64,000 nucleotides of DNA from Thalia democratica (Eukaryota): NCBI GenBank assembly GCA_965202585.1, contig OZ241827.1:45198001-45262000 (forward strand), read 5' to 3'. Numbering within the stretch: position 1 is the first letter of the stretch; every line of letters starts with the position of its first letter. The notes beneath the pieces were generated by a model. It had not been told where the DNA came from. It saw nothing but the letters and a program-made list of their open reading frames with translations, and ran no database searches. Shown here in pieces: positions 12,261-26,200 of the stretch. Both the position numbers and the translations under genes were made by a program.

Positions 12261-15200
12261 ATGAGTTTTATTTATAAAGACAAAGGTTTGAAAACTAAAA
12301 CGCGGTTTATAACATTTGCCTTGTTCGTTTTAAACTTCGCAAACTTTGCCAACTGCAATAATTGCTTCCAAGTCCACTTGACCAGGGCCCATTGTAATAG
12401 TACGCTCTCTGATTCGAGTGACCCGCAACTCTTGGATGACGTTGTTACAGTTGGCGAGTCTTTGGACCAGTCAGCTGCCATAAGCGAACTTAAGCAAGAA
12501 AATGAAGACCTGCAAAACAAATTCACAAAAACTTACGAGAGCTTAGAAGAGACGATTGACTACTTGAAGAACAAAATGCTTAACTGGAGCAAATCTCAAG
12601 GTGATTTTTTTGTTTGTTTTGAAAATTAATAACTGGTTAAGCAGCTTAAAAGTCGAAACTTGTCATAACTATATTGACGATAGTAATTAATAAGTTAAAA
12701 CACATGTTAAGTTTTTTTCTGCAATGGTTAAAAGTTTAAAAATTATTCAATTTTTTAGCCTTATGTTTAATATCTACTTTTTTTATCGTTTTTTGTTTGA
12801 TCCAAAAATTTGTATTTAGATAAAAATTTCTATTTTTTTTATAGTAAAAATTACGGAACAACAAGAAAAAATACTGTCACTAGAAACGATGGTCTTAACA
12901 CTGCGAAAGAAAAATATTGGTAATATAAAGTTTTTATGTTTTTACTTGATTAAAAAAATAACATTGAGTTTTAATTTCAGATCTGTCAAATGCAAAAAGA
13001 AACCAACAAGAAAAGCTTAAAAGTACGAAAAACTTAAAAAGAGTAGTCTTTTATTTCTTTAGCTATAAAATGTTTTCATTATACCACTAGTTAATGATAA
13101 ACCTTTTTTCTATATAAGTTCGCTTTAAATAGTATAGGCTAAAGTTTTTGGTCCTAAATATTTTTAAATTAAACATTTAAAGTTAAAAATACTAATTGCT
13201 TTTGCACAAATACTAAAAACGAATAGTTTTAATTTATAAATACGTTTTTAGTCAAAAACTTACATTAGAACAGTTCAAAACACAAATTCCTTAAAGTAAG
13301 TTTTTATACTTGTTGATTATCAGTCTTTTAAAATAATAACATTTTTTTGGTAAATTAATAAACTTATATCATTTTTAGCTGTGCTGAAAGATAAAAGTAG
13401 TCTCGTTAAACAAGTGAGAAAACAAAACACAAAGCTTACAGGTAGTTTTATGAAAGCATCAAATATTATTAACAACTTTTGTTTACAGTTGTTTGAAATA
13501 ATGCAATAAACTTGCAGCAAACGATGTTAAAAACGAGATTATGATGGATGAAATGGCAGAGCTAAGGCAGGAAATAGCAGGTAATAGACTAAAATGTCAA
13601 CTAGTCAATTAGTTTAGTACTTAAAAATGTTAAGAGTCAAGGTGAGGTGACTGAGTGTTGAAATCAAAAAATTGTTTAAATTTCATCATCAAAGTGATAG
13701 AAATGCTAATTATGCATTTTACACGCGCAAAACTTTTATAACTACATATGTTTCTAGCAATTTAAACTTTAAAAAAAAAACACTGTTTAAAGATTTGTTG
13801 TATAATTAGATATAATTAAATAGATTTCTTTTTAACCTTGTTTTTTTCTTTATTAACATTAACTTTAAAATGTTTTGAAAATTGCTAGTATACCTTAAGT
13901 TTTAGATTTCATTATCCTAAACAGGTTTTTTAAATCTTATATAATTATAATTTTAATTAAACTTCAACCACCTTAGTTAGAAAGTTACACTTCAAAACAA
14001 AGTTAGAAGTAATAACCAAAAAAATTAAATAAAACTAATTAGATTTTAAAATAATCTACAGAGGTAAGAAAAGAAAAAGCAGTTTTGAGCTACCTTTTTA
14101 GCAACGCGACAAAGCAGTTTAACTGTTCAGGTATACTTTATACTTGTTTATTTTTACTTTTTAAATGAACAAAAGTTATTTAGTAAATTTTACAGAAACA
14201 GCAAGTGATACAACTCTTGTTGAATTGGAACTGCTAAAAGACGAATTAAAAGGTTAAAATTGTTTACTAAATAATATTTTGGTGCAACAATAACTGCATT
14301 AAGTTTAGCGTCTAAAGATAATTCAGCAAGCTAAAAAAAATATTACAGTGCCCCGTTGTATTGAAATAAGTAAAATATTGTTTTACTAATAAATTCTAAA
14401 TACATACAACTTGATATATAAAAATAGTTTTTTTTATAATAACATAAATACTTAACAAATACGTTTACGCTTTTTGAAATACTTAAAACTAAACATTAAT
14501 TAAATTTTTTATAGAAAAATTTTTATGATTAGATAAATATGCTTTTTTAAATTTGTTTTATAAGATATTCTTTAAGATTTTCTTAATTTTTAAGATATGT
14601 CAAAGTGTTGCAGCTAGATAACTAATAAGAATTATGTTAATAAATTTTTTTATTGAAATATTATACTTAAAACATAAATATAAGTACTTAGTACATTAAT
14701 GTCGTACATTTTTCTTTTTGATATTGATATACTTTGCAAAAGTTTGATAGATATTATTAAATTAAAATGTAAAAAAACTTAAAATTTACTTTTATTAATT
14801 TTGTACAAATGTGTTATGTCTTCTGGAAGGTCATCTATTTGGGTTTACTTTCTTATGGATGTGCATTTACTATTACTTTTTTGTATGTACTAAGTTATCG
14901 CCTTTTATATTAAACAAATAAGTTTAGACTTATAAATTAGTTCTTTATAAAATTAACGTTGTTTATTTTTTGTTTATGTATGTTTTTTACCTTAAATTGT
15001 TGAATATAAACTTTATTTTTGTTTATTTTTTTTCTTGTCTGTCCTGTTTAAGTGGCTCAGGTTTTGATGCCTTAGTCCAACATTGCACAATAAACAAAAT
15101 AATGCAAATATTATTTTTTGAGTTGTTTTTAACTGTAACCTTGTAAATAAAGAATAAAATTTGCGTTTGTTTATTTTTAAGTCTTTCAAAATTACTTACA

Positions 15201-17827
15201 GCTGAGAGAAGGGGCAAAAAGCAAATGCTTCAAACTCTGAGTGAAGAAATTGCAGATTTAAAAATGAACTGCACAAACGACGAAGGTGGGAAATCTAAGC
15301 ATTCATAAAAATATCATATCTTTATTAAATTAATTAAGTTTGTTTTTAGGTCTTGAAATACATGTTTTTTTCTTACTCTTTTGTCGTTTTTAACTTTAAG
15401 TGAAAACCAAATAAGTTGAATAATTTAGTAACCAATTAGTATCCGGTACAATTTTTTGTTTTAATACGTAAATTTTATGAAAAATAAGCGTTTTACATGT
15501 TCTTGAGGTATCTTTAAATAAACTTTAAAAAGCTTTAAGTAATAACATAAGAGTCAGAGACACGTAAGAGCTTACGTATGAAACATATAAAATTACATAT
15601 ATTTAGAGCCTAAGCGCAAAATTGCTGTTCAAAAGTCCATTCCTCAAAACTCTGAAGTCCCTTCGGTCAGGACAGCTCTTCTCAGCACAAATGCGGAGTT
15701 TACGTGCCAAGAGGGCGAGTCTCGATACAATGTTGAAGATATGTCGTTAAAACTGGTTGAATCTCTCAACCTCGGAACTGAACCACCAGATTTGGTTTGC
15801 GATGTGGATTGCGATCGGAACACATGGATTGTTAGCATTTACCTATTTCAAAAAGAATAATATGCAAATACTTTAAGTTTTTATTTTGTACTTTTAAAAT
15901 TCGTTTGATTTCTGAACCAAACGTTTTTCAGAAAATATAACAGTATCATCATTTTTTAAGCTCTGCAAAGCTTCTCCAAGTAGTTTTTATTAATATTTTT
16001 CGTATTTTGTATACTTATTACAATGCTTCAAAAAATTTTTGCATAACACAATATTGAAACTTAAAATAACGATGCAATTATCATCGACGTTTTAGTTTTA
16101 CTATTTTAAAATTAAACAAACTTAACCTTTGTTATGAAGTATTTTATACTTATGAAGTTTGTACTTTTCATTACTTACATTAATTTTTTTTCATACTTAA
16201 GTGACTCTGTTAGTTACAAAGCGTTTTGTTTGAAGGTAATACAGCGACGGTTAAACGGTTCTCTTGAATTTGATTGCAATTTTGAAGAATATAAAAATGG
16301 CTTTGGAAGTTTAAATCACGAGTTTTGGTTAGGTTAGTACCTCCTTACCAAAAATAAAAGTTACAAAATTTTAGTTTTAAAGCAAGTTCTTGAAAAGTAG
16401 ACATCAAGACTTATGTTAAATTGGTTTAAGACAAAGTATCCGTTACATTTATGTATCAAAAACATTTTCATGAACTTTCTAAACCGTGTTTAGGTAATAT
16501 TATATAGGTGTATAGGTGTTAAGTAGTCAAAAAAGTTTACAAATTCATAGATTTCAATATACAAAACATGTAATTTCAGAGATTGATTGTATTGCAGAAA
16601 TATACAACTTTTTTATAAATATTTTTACTTTTAAGATAAAAAAAATCACTTATATTTTTGTCTACTTGATTACTTGGTTTAAACTTTGATCAGACGTAAC
16701 TGTCTAGTGTATAGCTTAAAGCGTTTAAAAGTTATTTGTTTTAGGTCTAATATATCTTTTAAAATATCTACGAGAGATATCTCAGACAGTTTAAAAGTTT
16801 TTTTCATGATTACAAAGATTAGTGAGTATCCAAGTACTATTCTAACAATTAACAATGCATTTTTGAAAAACCAATTGCGACATTAATGAGAATAAAAAAA
16901 GTTTAACATTCAGTAAACTAAGATACGCGTAAAGTTTTAGTCGTATTTTATTAGAAAAGTATATTTATACGATAATCTTTATAAAACTGCTTTTGATATA
17001 TCACATAATTCCACCTTACGTAAGAAAGACTTTCGTAAAAATTTTGAAAAAAAAAACTTAGGACTGAATGTTTAATAGTTGTTATATATGAGAATAGATT
17101 TAAATAGGCTTTGAAAAAATTACTATTAGGCTTAGAAGCAATTCATCACCTAACAAAGAACAACAAGTACAAGCTCAGAATCGACCTGGAAGATTGGAAA
17201 GGCATCAAGTGGTTTGCAGAGTACGAGTAAGCTTGCAGTTAACTTAAAAATAAATATTCAGAGAGAAAAACGTTTTTTTTTTTCAGTGAGTTCTCAGTTG
17301 GTCACGGGGACGGCTACGAGTTGAACGTGCATGGTTACCATGGCAACATTAAATCCTACAGCGGTGAGTAAAATTTATTAGAAGAACAAACCATAAACTA
17401 TCATTATATTAACTATTAACATCGCAAACGAATTAAACATCATTATTTGATGATTTTAAGAAAAAAACTATTCATAAACTATTTAATTATTTCTTAACAC
17501 ATTTTTTTTGCAGTCTACAGTTTCGAGCGCTTGAGCGGCATGAAGTTCACCACGAAGGACAACGACCAGGACAAGTGGCAGTACAATTGCGCCTCCTACC
17601 GGTTCAACAACAAGTACATCCATAGTGGCGGGGGTGGTTGGTGGTACCAGTCCTGCTCCCAGATGAACCTCAACGGGAAGTACTACGACTCGAGGAACCT
17701 TGGCGAGGTTTTCAACGCGAACCCGTCTCATTCGGACGGAATGTTCTGGAACACGAACAAGCCCACCGGTATGCTGAGCAAGTACTCGTTCAAGACTTCC
17801 CAGATGAAAATTCGCCTGAAAGACTAA
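12261..17827 (+). CDS. Fibrinogen-related domain (FReD) protein, angiopoietin/ficolin-like: signal or anchor segment, coiled-coil stalk, C-terminal FBG domain; 13 exons (12261-12600, 12845-12919, 12981-13022, 13379-13441, 13518-13580, 14062-14130, 14196-14252, 15202-15285, 15607-15830, 16236-16332, 17130-17226, 17287-17363, 17514-17827)
   Basis: Spliced translation gives FBG hallmarks: TWIVIQRRLNGSLEF, YKNGFGSLNHEFWLGLEAIHHLT, LRIDLEDW, GMKFTTKDNDQD, GGWWYQSCSQMNLNGKY, MKIR. Hydrophobic N-terminus RFITFALFVLNFANFANC. All junctions are GT-AG and in phase. Confidence 0.93.
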
Positions 17828-19020
17828 AATTTGTCTTGTTAATTTAAATATGTAAGAACGTATCTGACTAAAGTTTTTTATTTTGAAAGATTTTTTTATT
17901 ATTTACTTTAATGACCTTTTTTTTGTGTACGATGTAGGTTTAGGGTTTAGATTGAAAATGAGCTTAAAAATAATAAATCTAATAACTTTAAAGACTAAGC
18001 TTGTAATCATAAAACAATGGTATTTGTATATTTGCGGTTTTTGTTCCATAGTTTTAATATTTTCACGTTCAACTATTATTTTTAGTATTGTTTTAAATTG
18101 TTGCAAGGCAACTATGTACACTTATAAACAAAAAAGTTAAAAAAATTGGTTGTTGAAAATAGTACAGTATTTTTATATTCTAAGACATTGAAGCCTTTAT
18201 GTAGTTATGAACAAACAAAAGTTTTATTGTCAGCATGGAATTTTGGTAAACACATTACTGGTAAATTTGCGCGAGCGACACGTTTTATCTTGGGTTTGTA
18301 TCAAAGTCATCGATTTATTTTCAGATTAATATAAGTTGCTTGAAGAGTTAAATGAATGTTGCCTGGCAGTAACATGTCAGTAAATTTTCACTTATTTGTT
18401 AAAGTCAATAATGTAGGCAGTAATTCAGTTAATGTTGAATAAACTATGATAAGTCATACAATAATATAGTCCGAAAGTAAAACTGTTCACCAGGTATAAC
18501 AAAATTAAAGAGTTTAAACTAAGATTATTTGGAGTTAGTTATAAATTTTAAAGCTTACTTATTTATTTTTTAAGTTGCAGTACAACCTAAACGTTTAAAT
18601 AATTTTTAATTATTAAATCTTCAACTTTGATGTGACTGAAGTATTTTAAGTTATTTTTTCAAAAACAGTTTTTGCTTTTAAAAGTTATAATTAATTACTT
18701 TTACAATAAATTACAATTATTTATTTTTTAAACATAGTTTGTTTTATAGTTTAAAAAATATATAAACAAATAAAAGTAACGTAAATAATATTCAATATTT
18801 ACAACTTCTAATGTAATTCTCTCAAAAATATTTTACATAAAACTAAAAACAATTCAAATAAATTTTGTAAAATAATCCATTTATTAGTATCCACTTTATA
18901 GAAAATTAAATTATAAATAAAATTAAAACCATACAAAGATAATCTTTTTTAAAAGTTAAATAAATAAATTTGTAGCAAAAACTTTTTCTTTGTACTAATA
19001 GCTGACTTTAAAAGACTAGC

Positions 19021-19330
19021 AAATTCTGGACAAGATATTTAGTTGTATCCATGGTGAATGACTTAATAACCGAAAGGTTTTTTGTACACCAGGTCCTTAG
19101 ACTAAACTTTTGAGCGCGTTTTTATCGTTTAATAAACAATAAAAGCAATAGAATAAAAATAGTAGTTAATAGTTACTTATGTAGTATACAATTTCTATAT
19201 ACTTTTGTAAAACCTAACAAGTTTGTTTTCTTATTTTATTTTTAAGCATTGATACATAGCAAGATTTAATACATAGCAAGCTTATTCTAAATTCACAAAC
19301 AAAAAAAAGTTTCATACTATAAAAACCTTT
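19021..19330 (+). repeat. Unclassified interspersed repeat, copy 1
   Basis: Shares TCCTGGACAAGA...TATCCA...GATAACCGAAAGGTTTTTT(C)GT(G/A)CACCA.GTCCT and a downstream TTCATACTATAAAAA...TTTTCGAGT with the copies at 32232 and 32521. Confidence 0.7.
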
Positions 19331-20238
19331 TAGTTTTCGAGTTTTAGGTAACATTTTAGCTTTGTGTATTTTATTTACTTGACTTTGTAATTTTCAAGTA
19401 AACAAACTTTATTCTTTAATAAACCTAAACTGTACTAAAACAGTAAAAACTTAATTCAATACTAAAAAAGATTTAAATATAGGTGTAAATTTAATTTTGT
19501 TACCGTTTAGTTTAAATGCGAAGACAAAAAAAAAACAAAAAAATAAAATTTATTAATATTTTCAAGATGTAAACTCAAAGTTTAAAACTATAGAAATATA
19601 TGACCACAAAAGTAGACTAAGTATGTTCATTTTACAAAACTAAGTTTAGAAATAAATTCGTTAACGTGTTTAATGAACTTTAATAATATACGCTTCTTAT
19701 TTTGTTTTTTGAACAACTGAAGACTATTGGAAAACAATTGATCTTGATTTTTATAGTTTAAAAAATTATTAACTCAATAGCTTTTAAATTTCTATTGAAC
19801 TAAACTAGTTTACACTAAAACTTTTCGAAAATTAAAAGAGTTTTGTGCACTGATAAATATTTTAAAATACTTCTGTTGCATTTTTTTTCTGCATATCAAA
19901 CTGCTACTAATACATCTTATACCGACTTGTCATTTAAACTTAATGCTTGTAAACGTTTTTTTGAGCCATTCAACCGATAAATAAAAGTTTAAACATTTTG
20001 CCAAATAATATTTAATTTGTGGAAATATACCATGTAGTTTTAGTTTATAAATTATCAAAATCACTGATTTAATGTTTTTTAAATTTGTTGTTACACAAAG
20101 TATCTCACTTTATTTAAGAAAAGTTATTACTAAACAACTTATAAAACTACCTCTTTACTCCTAATTAGAGTTAAGGTTTTACCGAAGTAAGAAAAATGTA
20201 CAATAACAGTTAAAACTAATAAATTTATTTCAATAAGT

Positions 20239-23200
20239 TTAACTATCAAATCCGTAAGACTTTAAACTTGGATGATTTTCACAAGCCATAAGTAGCTTTA
20301 GTAGAGAGCATTCGTCTTCTACTTTTGTATTTAACAAAGTTATGCTTTCGATAGATTTATGACTTCTTATTTCTTCTATAATTAAGTTGACGTCAGCTTT
20401 TGTTAAAATGTTTAAAGAAGTTGTTTCTTTACTCCCTAAAATATTGCAAGTGATATAAAATTAAGTTTGTATGTTTGAGTACAATATATTTGTTATTTAA
20501 AGTTTTTTTTGATAATTTTTTTTATACTATATTGATATTTTAACATATCTAAAACTATTTGAGCATATATAAAACTAGTTAGTATAAAATTTGAACAACT
20601 TAATTATGAAAAAGTTGATAACGTTTAAAGTATAAATGAAATTTACTGCATGCTAAAGAAATGCTTAACAAATTTAACTGATTAATATTTGTTTTGTGTT
20701 TGTTTTATGTTAAAAAAAACTAAATATTTATTAATTAATCTATTTCTTATTTGTTTTGGTAAGTAGGGTTAGAGGTAAGTGTTTAGTTTTATGGTTTTAG
20801 ACAAAATAAGTTAGAAATAAGGGTTTAAATGTTAGTACTGAACCATTATATTTTTAGTGTTTTTCGTTTTCCTAATTACAACGTAATGTAATAAAAGTAC
20901 TACTGCAGCCGACCCTTAACAATGTCATTTGAAGCGTACTTTAAAAAACATACAAAAATTTTAAAACATGATAGAACTTAAGATAACATAGAATAACAAA
21001 TTGTAAGTGGCAAACGTTTTTTGATGTTTTTTTAGTTAAAATAAGCTACAAAAAACTCATTCTATTACATATTTTAAAAATAATTTAAACATTTATACTT
21101 AAAGGTTTTCAGTTCATGACTATAAACATGTTTAGATTAACAAAGTTACTGTAGTAAAAGAAGAATTAAGCAAAAGAAAAGTTAAGGGTTGTGTAAAATT
21201 GCTATTTATTATTAAAAACAATATAAAGATTGTTCGTAATTCTATTACTTAATTTTAATATAAATGTTATTCTTAGTTATTATTTATCTAATTTTTTGTA
21301 GTTAGAAGTTTTTGATTGAAAAACTTAGTAAACTACGTAAAAAATAAATTAAATATACACATTCGTTTTAATACAAGCGCTTTCTGTGATTGCTAGGTAA
21401 TTACGGGTGTACGACTATTAAAACTCGGACAATTCTAATTCTTTAAAAAAATTTGAAGGACCACAACTCAAAAAGTAATCTATATTTGAAAATACAACGT
21501 ATGTAGGTCTTATTAGTATCTACAAGCCATTTTTAATTTTTTGAAAAACTTTAAATATTTTCTTAGATGTGGCTAAAATAGTTTTTTTTTAATTAATTTA
21601 TTTCTATACGCTTAAATTGAAAATGAAAAATCCACTTTACTCTTTATCAAATACGTTAGAACAATGAAGAGTTCTAAAAAAGTTATTTTCCTAAAGAGAC
21701 TAATTAATTTTGCAGAAACAGCATTGCTGATTTTTGAAACACTTTTATTCTATTATTAGCAGTTCTAAAAAAAGTGAGAAAAAACTATTAAATGGTCTAG
21801 CTTTATTTATCTTAAAATCCATACCTGAAAGGTCTACCACCTTGATGGAGCTAAAGTTTTGGGCAAACCCTGAAAATAAACATAAACTAGTTTATAAGTT
21901 AAAATATATTAAAACAAACCTAAAAACTAAATTTTAAGTGAATCTGAATAGTACATTAAAGTAATTAAGCATATTTTTAGTCAAGACAAATAACTATATA
22001 TGTGAATCTGATAAATCTTTCAAAAACAATTAAATAAAGTATAAAAATCACTTAATGCGTTTAAATACTTCGGTTATTATATATATTCATAAAAACTATT
22101 TACAATACAAATTTATTTCTAATTAAATTTTCCTAAAAGTTTAAGTATTAAAAGAAGTTTAGCGTATTAATAAAAAGCGATACCTTTAAAAAACCTCGAT
22201 AATTTGTTAGTGAACTTTCCTCCAGAAAAATCTAGATTGGTAATGTGTCTGCTTACTGCCAAGTGATGCTTTGCTGCAAGTAGTGAGCATTCTCCCATGC
22301 CTGTGTTGGCGAGATTTATATCTTCGAGCTGAGGTAGATCTTTTAAAGTTCGCATTAAAAAGCAAACAAGCTCATCTCCGATATAGTTGTTGCTCAGATT
22401 TAGCTTTTTTAAACTCTTCAACTGTCTTAAAGCTTTTATAAAATGTTTGATAGGTGCCAGGTCGAAAAATAAGTTTGAACTCAAGTCAATTTCTTGCAAC
22501 GTTGAGCTGATTGATTTGCTTGACAGCAATTTGCTCATTAGCAATAGTTTTTCAGATGATAAGCAGGCTCTTTGAAGCACTAGGGACTAAAAAATAAAGT
22601 TTTAGATGCTTAAGAAATACTTTGAAAACGACATACAAATAGTTGCTTCATTTTGTTTTTACTTCGAAATTGTTTATATACAAAACTATATAAGCTAATC
22701 AGCTGTAGTTGAAATAAATCTAAACCATATTAATATTTTTTACTTAATGTAATGTAAGTTATATTTTAAATATGTTATAAATATAGTCTTTAGTATTTTT
22801 CGCTTCATAGATTCTACTTAAACAACTTTCCAATAATTTATTGTTATTTATTCATATCAATACGAATACGTAAAACTTAGAAAAATCAGTTACAACCCAG
22901 TTTGTTTATATTATGACATCAAAATAAACAAGAAATATTTAACTTTTTATCTTTGTGGTATTTTCAAGAAAATAGGGAAATAGTTTCTGTTTATGAACAG
23001 TTTGCAATAATTAGGGACATATTTTTTATAGTATTTGTACACTGCTGTAAAACCAGAACATCTTAGAGAACACAATTAGATATAAATCTAGCATTTAGCT
23101 CAGAAAGCTATAATACTTAGCTAAGAAGTATACTACTAAAAGTAAGATTGTCAAGAAAACAACTATAGGTCTATACCTTATTTAAGGAGAACAAATATAA

Positions 23201-26200
23201 ATTTTAATTCTGTAAAAGTTTATTTGGTGAACTAAGTTTCGCTCAAAGAGTTCCAGTGCTTAAAAAATACAAAAAATTTTCTATTTAAATATAAATTTAT
23301 TTAATGAAAAATTTATAATCTAAGTACACCATTTTCATTAATTATTACTTAAAAGAAAATTTAAATTTTATTTACTACAATATGTATCAACCAGAATGGT
23401 ATATTTTCTAAGGTAAAACTTTTTGTTACTTTTACTAATTAAATTTTTGTAATTTGAAGCTATCTGATCTAGCAGTTTTATCTTCTGCTAGATATATATA
23501 TATATATTGAATATATTGAAAAGCTCCTTCACTTTGCAAAGACTTAAACCTAATTTACAAAACAATATTAAAAGCTTAGCACAAATTATTTTTAATTATT
23601 TGCTATTAAAACATTAAATTTATTGAATAAATAAAAATGGTAAGAACCATTAAAAAAATCAGTCACAGTCTTATAAATTATAAAGTTTATATTTATTTAA
23701 AAGCATACAGGAAGATCATTATTAATGATACTAAACAAAATGTTTTATTACAATAAATTTAAAAATTAAAATGGGATGAAGGTAGTCTTCCTCTTTTGAT
23801 TTTAAAGACCGAACAGGATTGAATTTTAGATAAATATAAATAAAAATGGTAAGAACCATTAAAAAAATCAGTCACAGTCTTATACAACCACTTTGAAGAG
23901 ATCTTTCGTTTATTAAAAAACAAACATTTTCAATTCGGTAGAAAACAAAAAAATATACTAGCAATTAGAGAAAGTAAATTAAATATTTTTAGCAAAATTT
24001 AAAATAAAACTAAAAACTACCATATTATTATAATACTGAATTTCATACTTTTACTTTAAAATTAATGGAACACTTATATTTGAGATTAGTCAGTAAAGTT
24101 TGATATTATTTTTCAATTTGAGAAACTGAGAAAAAGACACTTTGGAAAATTATTTTTGTTTACTGTAACTAAGAAAAACTATTTCTATAAACAACAAACA
24201 ATTAAAAAAAATCCCCTAGTATTTTACTTGATAAAAAATTTTTTTTGATGACATTTTCAATTTTTTATTATTAAAACTATTCCTTAAAAACACTGTTTAA
24301 ATTAATTTTTGCCTTAGTTTTTTTAATCCACCATTGTTCTGTGTAGTCTAAATTAGTTCTTATAGGGCTTTCTAAAAACTGGACTGTGTAGGCATTTTCT
24401 ATCTTTTCTGGTATATTGTTTTTGTGAAATTTATTATAATGTATAATTAGAGCAAATTGGTCTTTTATTTCATGGTTTAGTTCAGTTTTATTAATAAGTT
24501 AATTTTAAGGAATAGTTTTAATAATAAAAAATTGAAAACGTCATCAAAAGTTTTTAGTTTTATTTTAAATTTTGCTAAAAATATTTAATTTACTTTCTCT
24601 AGTTGCTAGTATATTTTTTTGTTTTCTACAGAATTGAAAATGTTTGTTTTTTAATAAACGAAAGATCTCTTCAAAGTGGTTGTATAAGACTGTGACTGAT
24701 TTTTTTAATGGTTCTTACCATTTTTATTTATATTTATCTAAAATTCAATCCTGTCCGGTCTTTAAAATCAAAAGAGGAAGACTACCTTCATCCCATTTTA
24801 ATTTTTAAATTTATTGTAATAAAACATTTTGTTTAGTATCATTAATAATGATCTTCCTGTATGCTTTTAAATAAATATAAACTTTTTAAAACTTCGGAAA
24901 TGTTTCTTATTTGGGTCATATTTATAAAAATAAAACAAGATTTGTAAACATCTATGCTTTATACTTAATAATAAAGCTAGTTAAAATAAAATAAACTATT
25001 TGAAAAAAATCCTAAAGTGTATTTTTAGATTAACAAAGTTATCTTTGTTTAATTTTGTCAGTAAACATAAAATTAAAAGTACTTGCAGAGTTTAATATTT
25101 TTTTTCTTTAATTTTACAACCTGTATGTAATGAAATGAGTTAATTTTTTTCATCACCCCTTCAAAAGAGTCGTTCATGTTAACACAACACAAGCTTAATT
25201 CACTTATCGACCAGCACCATTCAATATTCGATACAAAATTTTTCAAATCATTTTGATTTAGCCGAAGTTTTTTCAAGTTTAAATTGCGTAGTGGAATTAA
25301 ATTGTCGTGTTTACTATTAAACACTGATCGAAACAATGTTATAGTACAAAAGTCAATTTCTAGCATATCTAGATAGATAAAATGCTCAGTACAAACTTTC
25401 ACTAAAGAAGAATAACTGTTTATATTAAATGTTTCATTACTCTCAAGCATCATAGTAAATGATCGCAAGTGAATGTCTTCTTTAGAGTTTTGTTTTATTG
25501 TTTCGACGAATCTTTCAACATAAAACTGCTTTGCTTTCTTAATTTCTTTGAGATCAAGAACCAGTAAAAAGTTAAAGTTGCAAACTAACTTTGCTATAAG
25601 CTCAAGCTTACTTGCGCAAAGGCCATGTATTTCTATACTTGAAATCCATGGTCTTAGTGTGAATATTCGAGGAAAACCCTTGCAACTTAAAAATGGTTTC
25701 CATGTTTTAGATATATACAGCATGGCGTTTTGTGTTCTATAAGAAACATTATTGAAATCTTTAAACTGTAATACTTTTTGATCTTTTCTGTCACATACGG
25801 TTTTAAAATTACTTCCTTCAAAATTTTCAAGCAAAGTAGAAATAATTAACGGATCACATTTGCTCTCATAAACGAGTTCCAAACACAATTGCTGGGCAAC
25901 TTGTTTAAGATGTTCTGTTAAAATTAATTTTTTTTTAAATTGTCATCTAGATTATTTTCTAAACATAACTCTTACCATTTTCAGTCTTTTTTATTATACA
26001 AACAGTATAATCTATTACAACTTTGTGATTGTGTTTACTAGCGAAAATAAAAAAGTATTTAGACTGTATCACATCTTCTAACGTCGTATAGTGTTTCTTT
26101 AGAAAAACTTTTTTAATCTTCTCATCAAATGTGGAAAAAATTCTGTTTTTTTTATTGCATAACTAACAATATTAATTTTTACAGATTTAAAAATAAGTTG

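Noticed and set aside
17483-17847. Overlapping ORFs 17483-17731 (-) and 17638-17847 (+)
   Set aside because: Shadow frames of the GC-rich FReD exon, which lacks stop codons in alternative frames.
23682-24018. A duplicated NLR exon within the inverted-repeat arms
   Set aside because: The apparent CAG...GTAAGA-bounded segment has stops in all three frames, and exon 25121 joins 22586 in phase without it.
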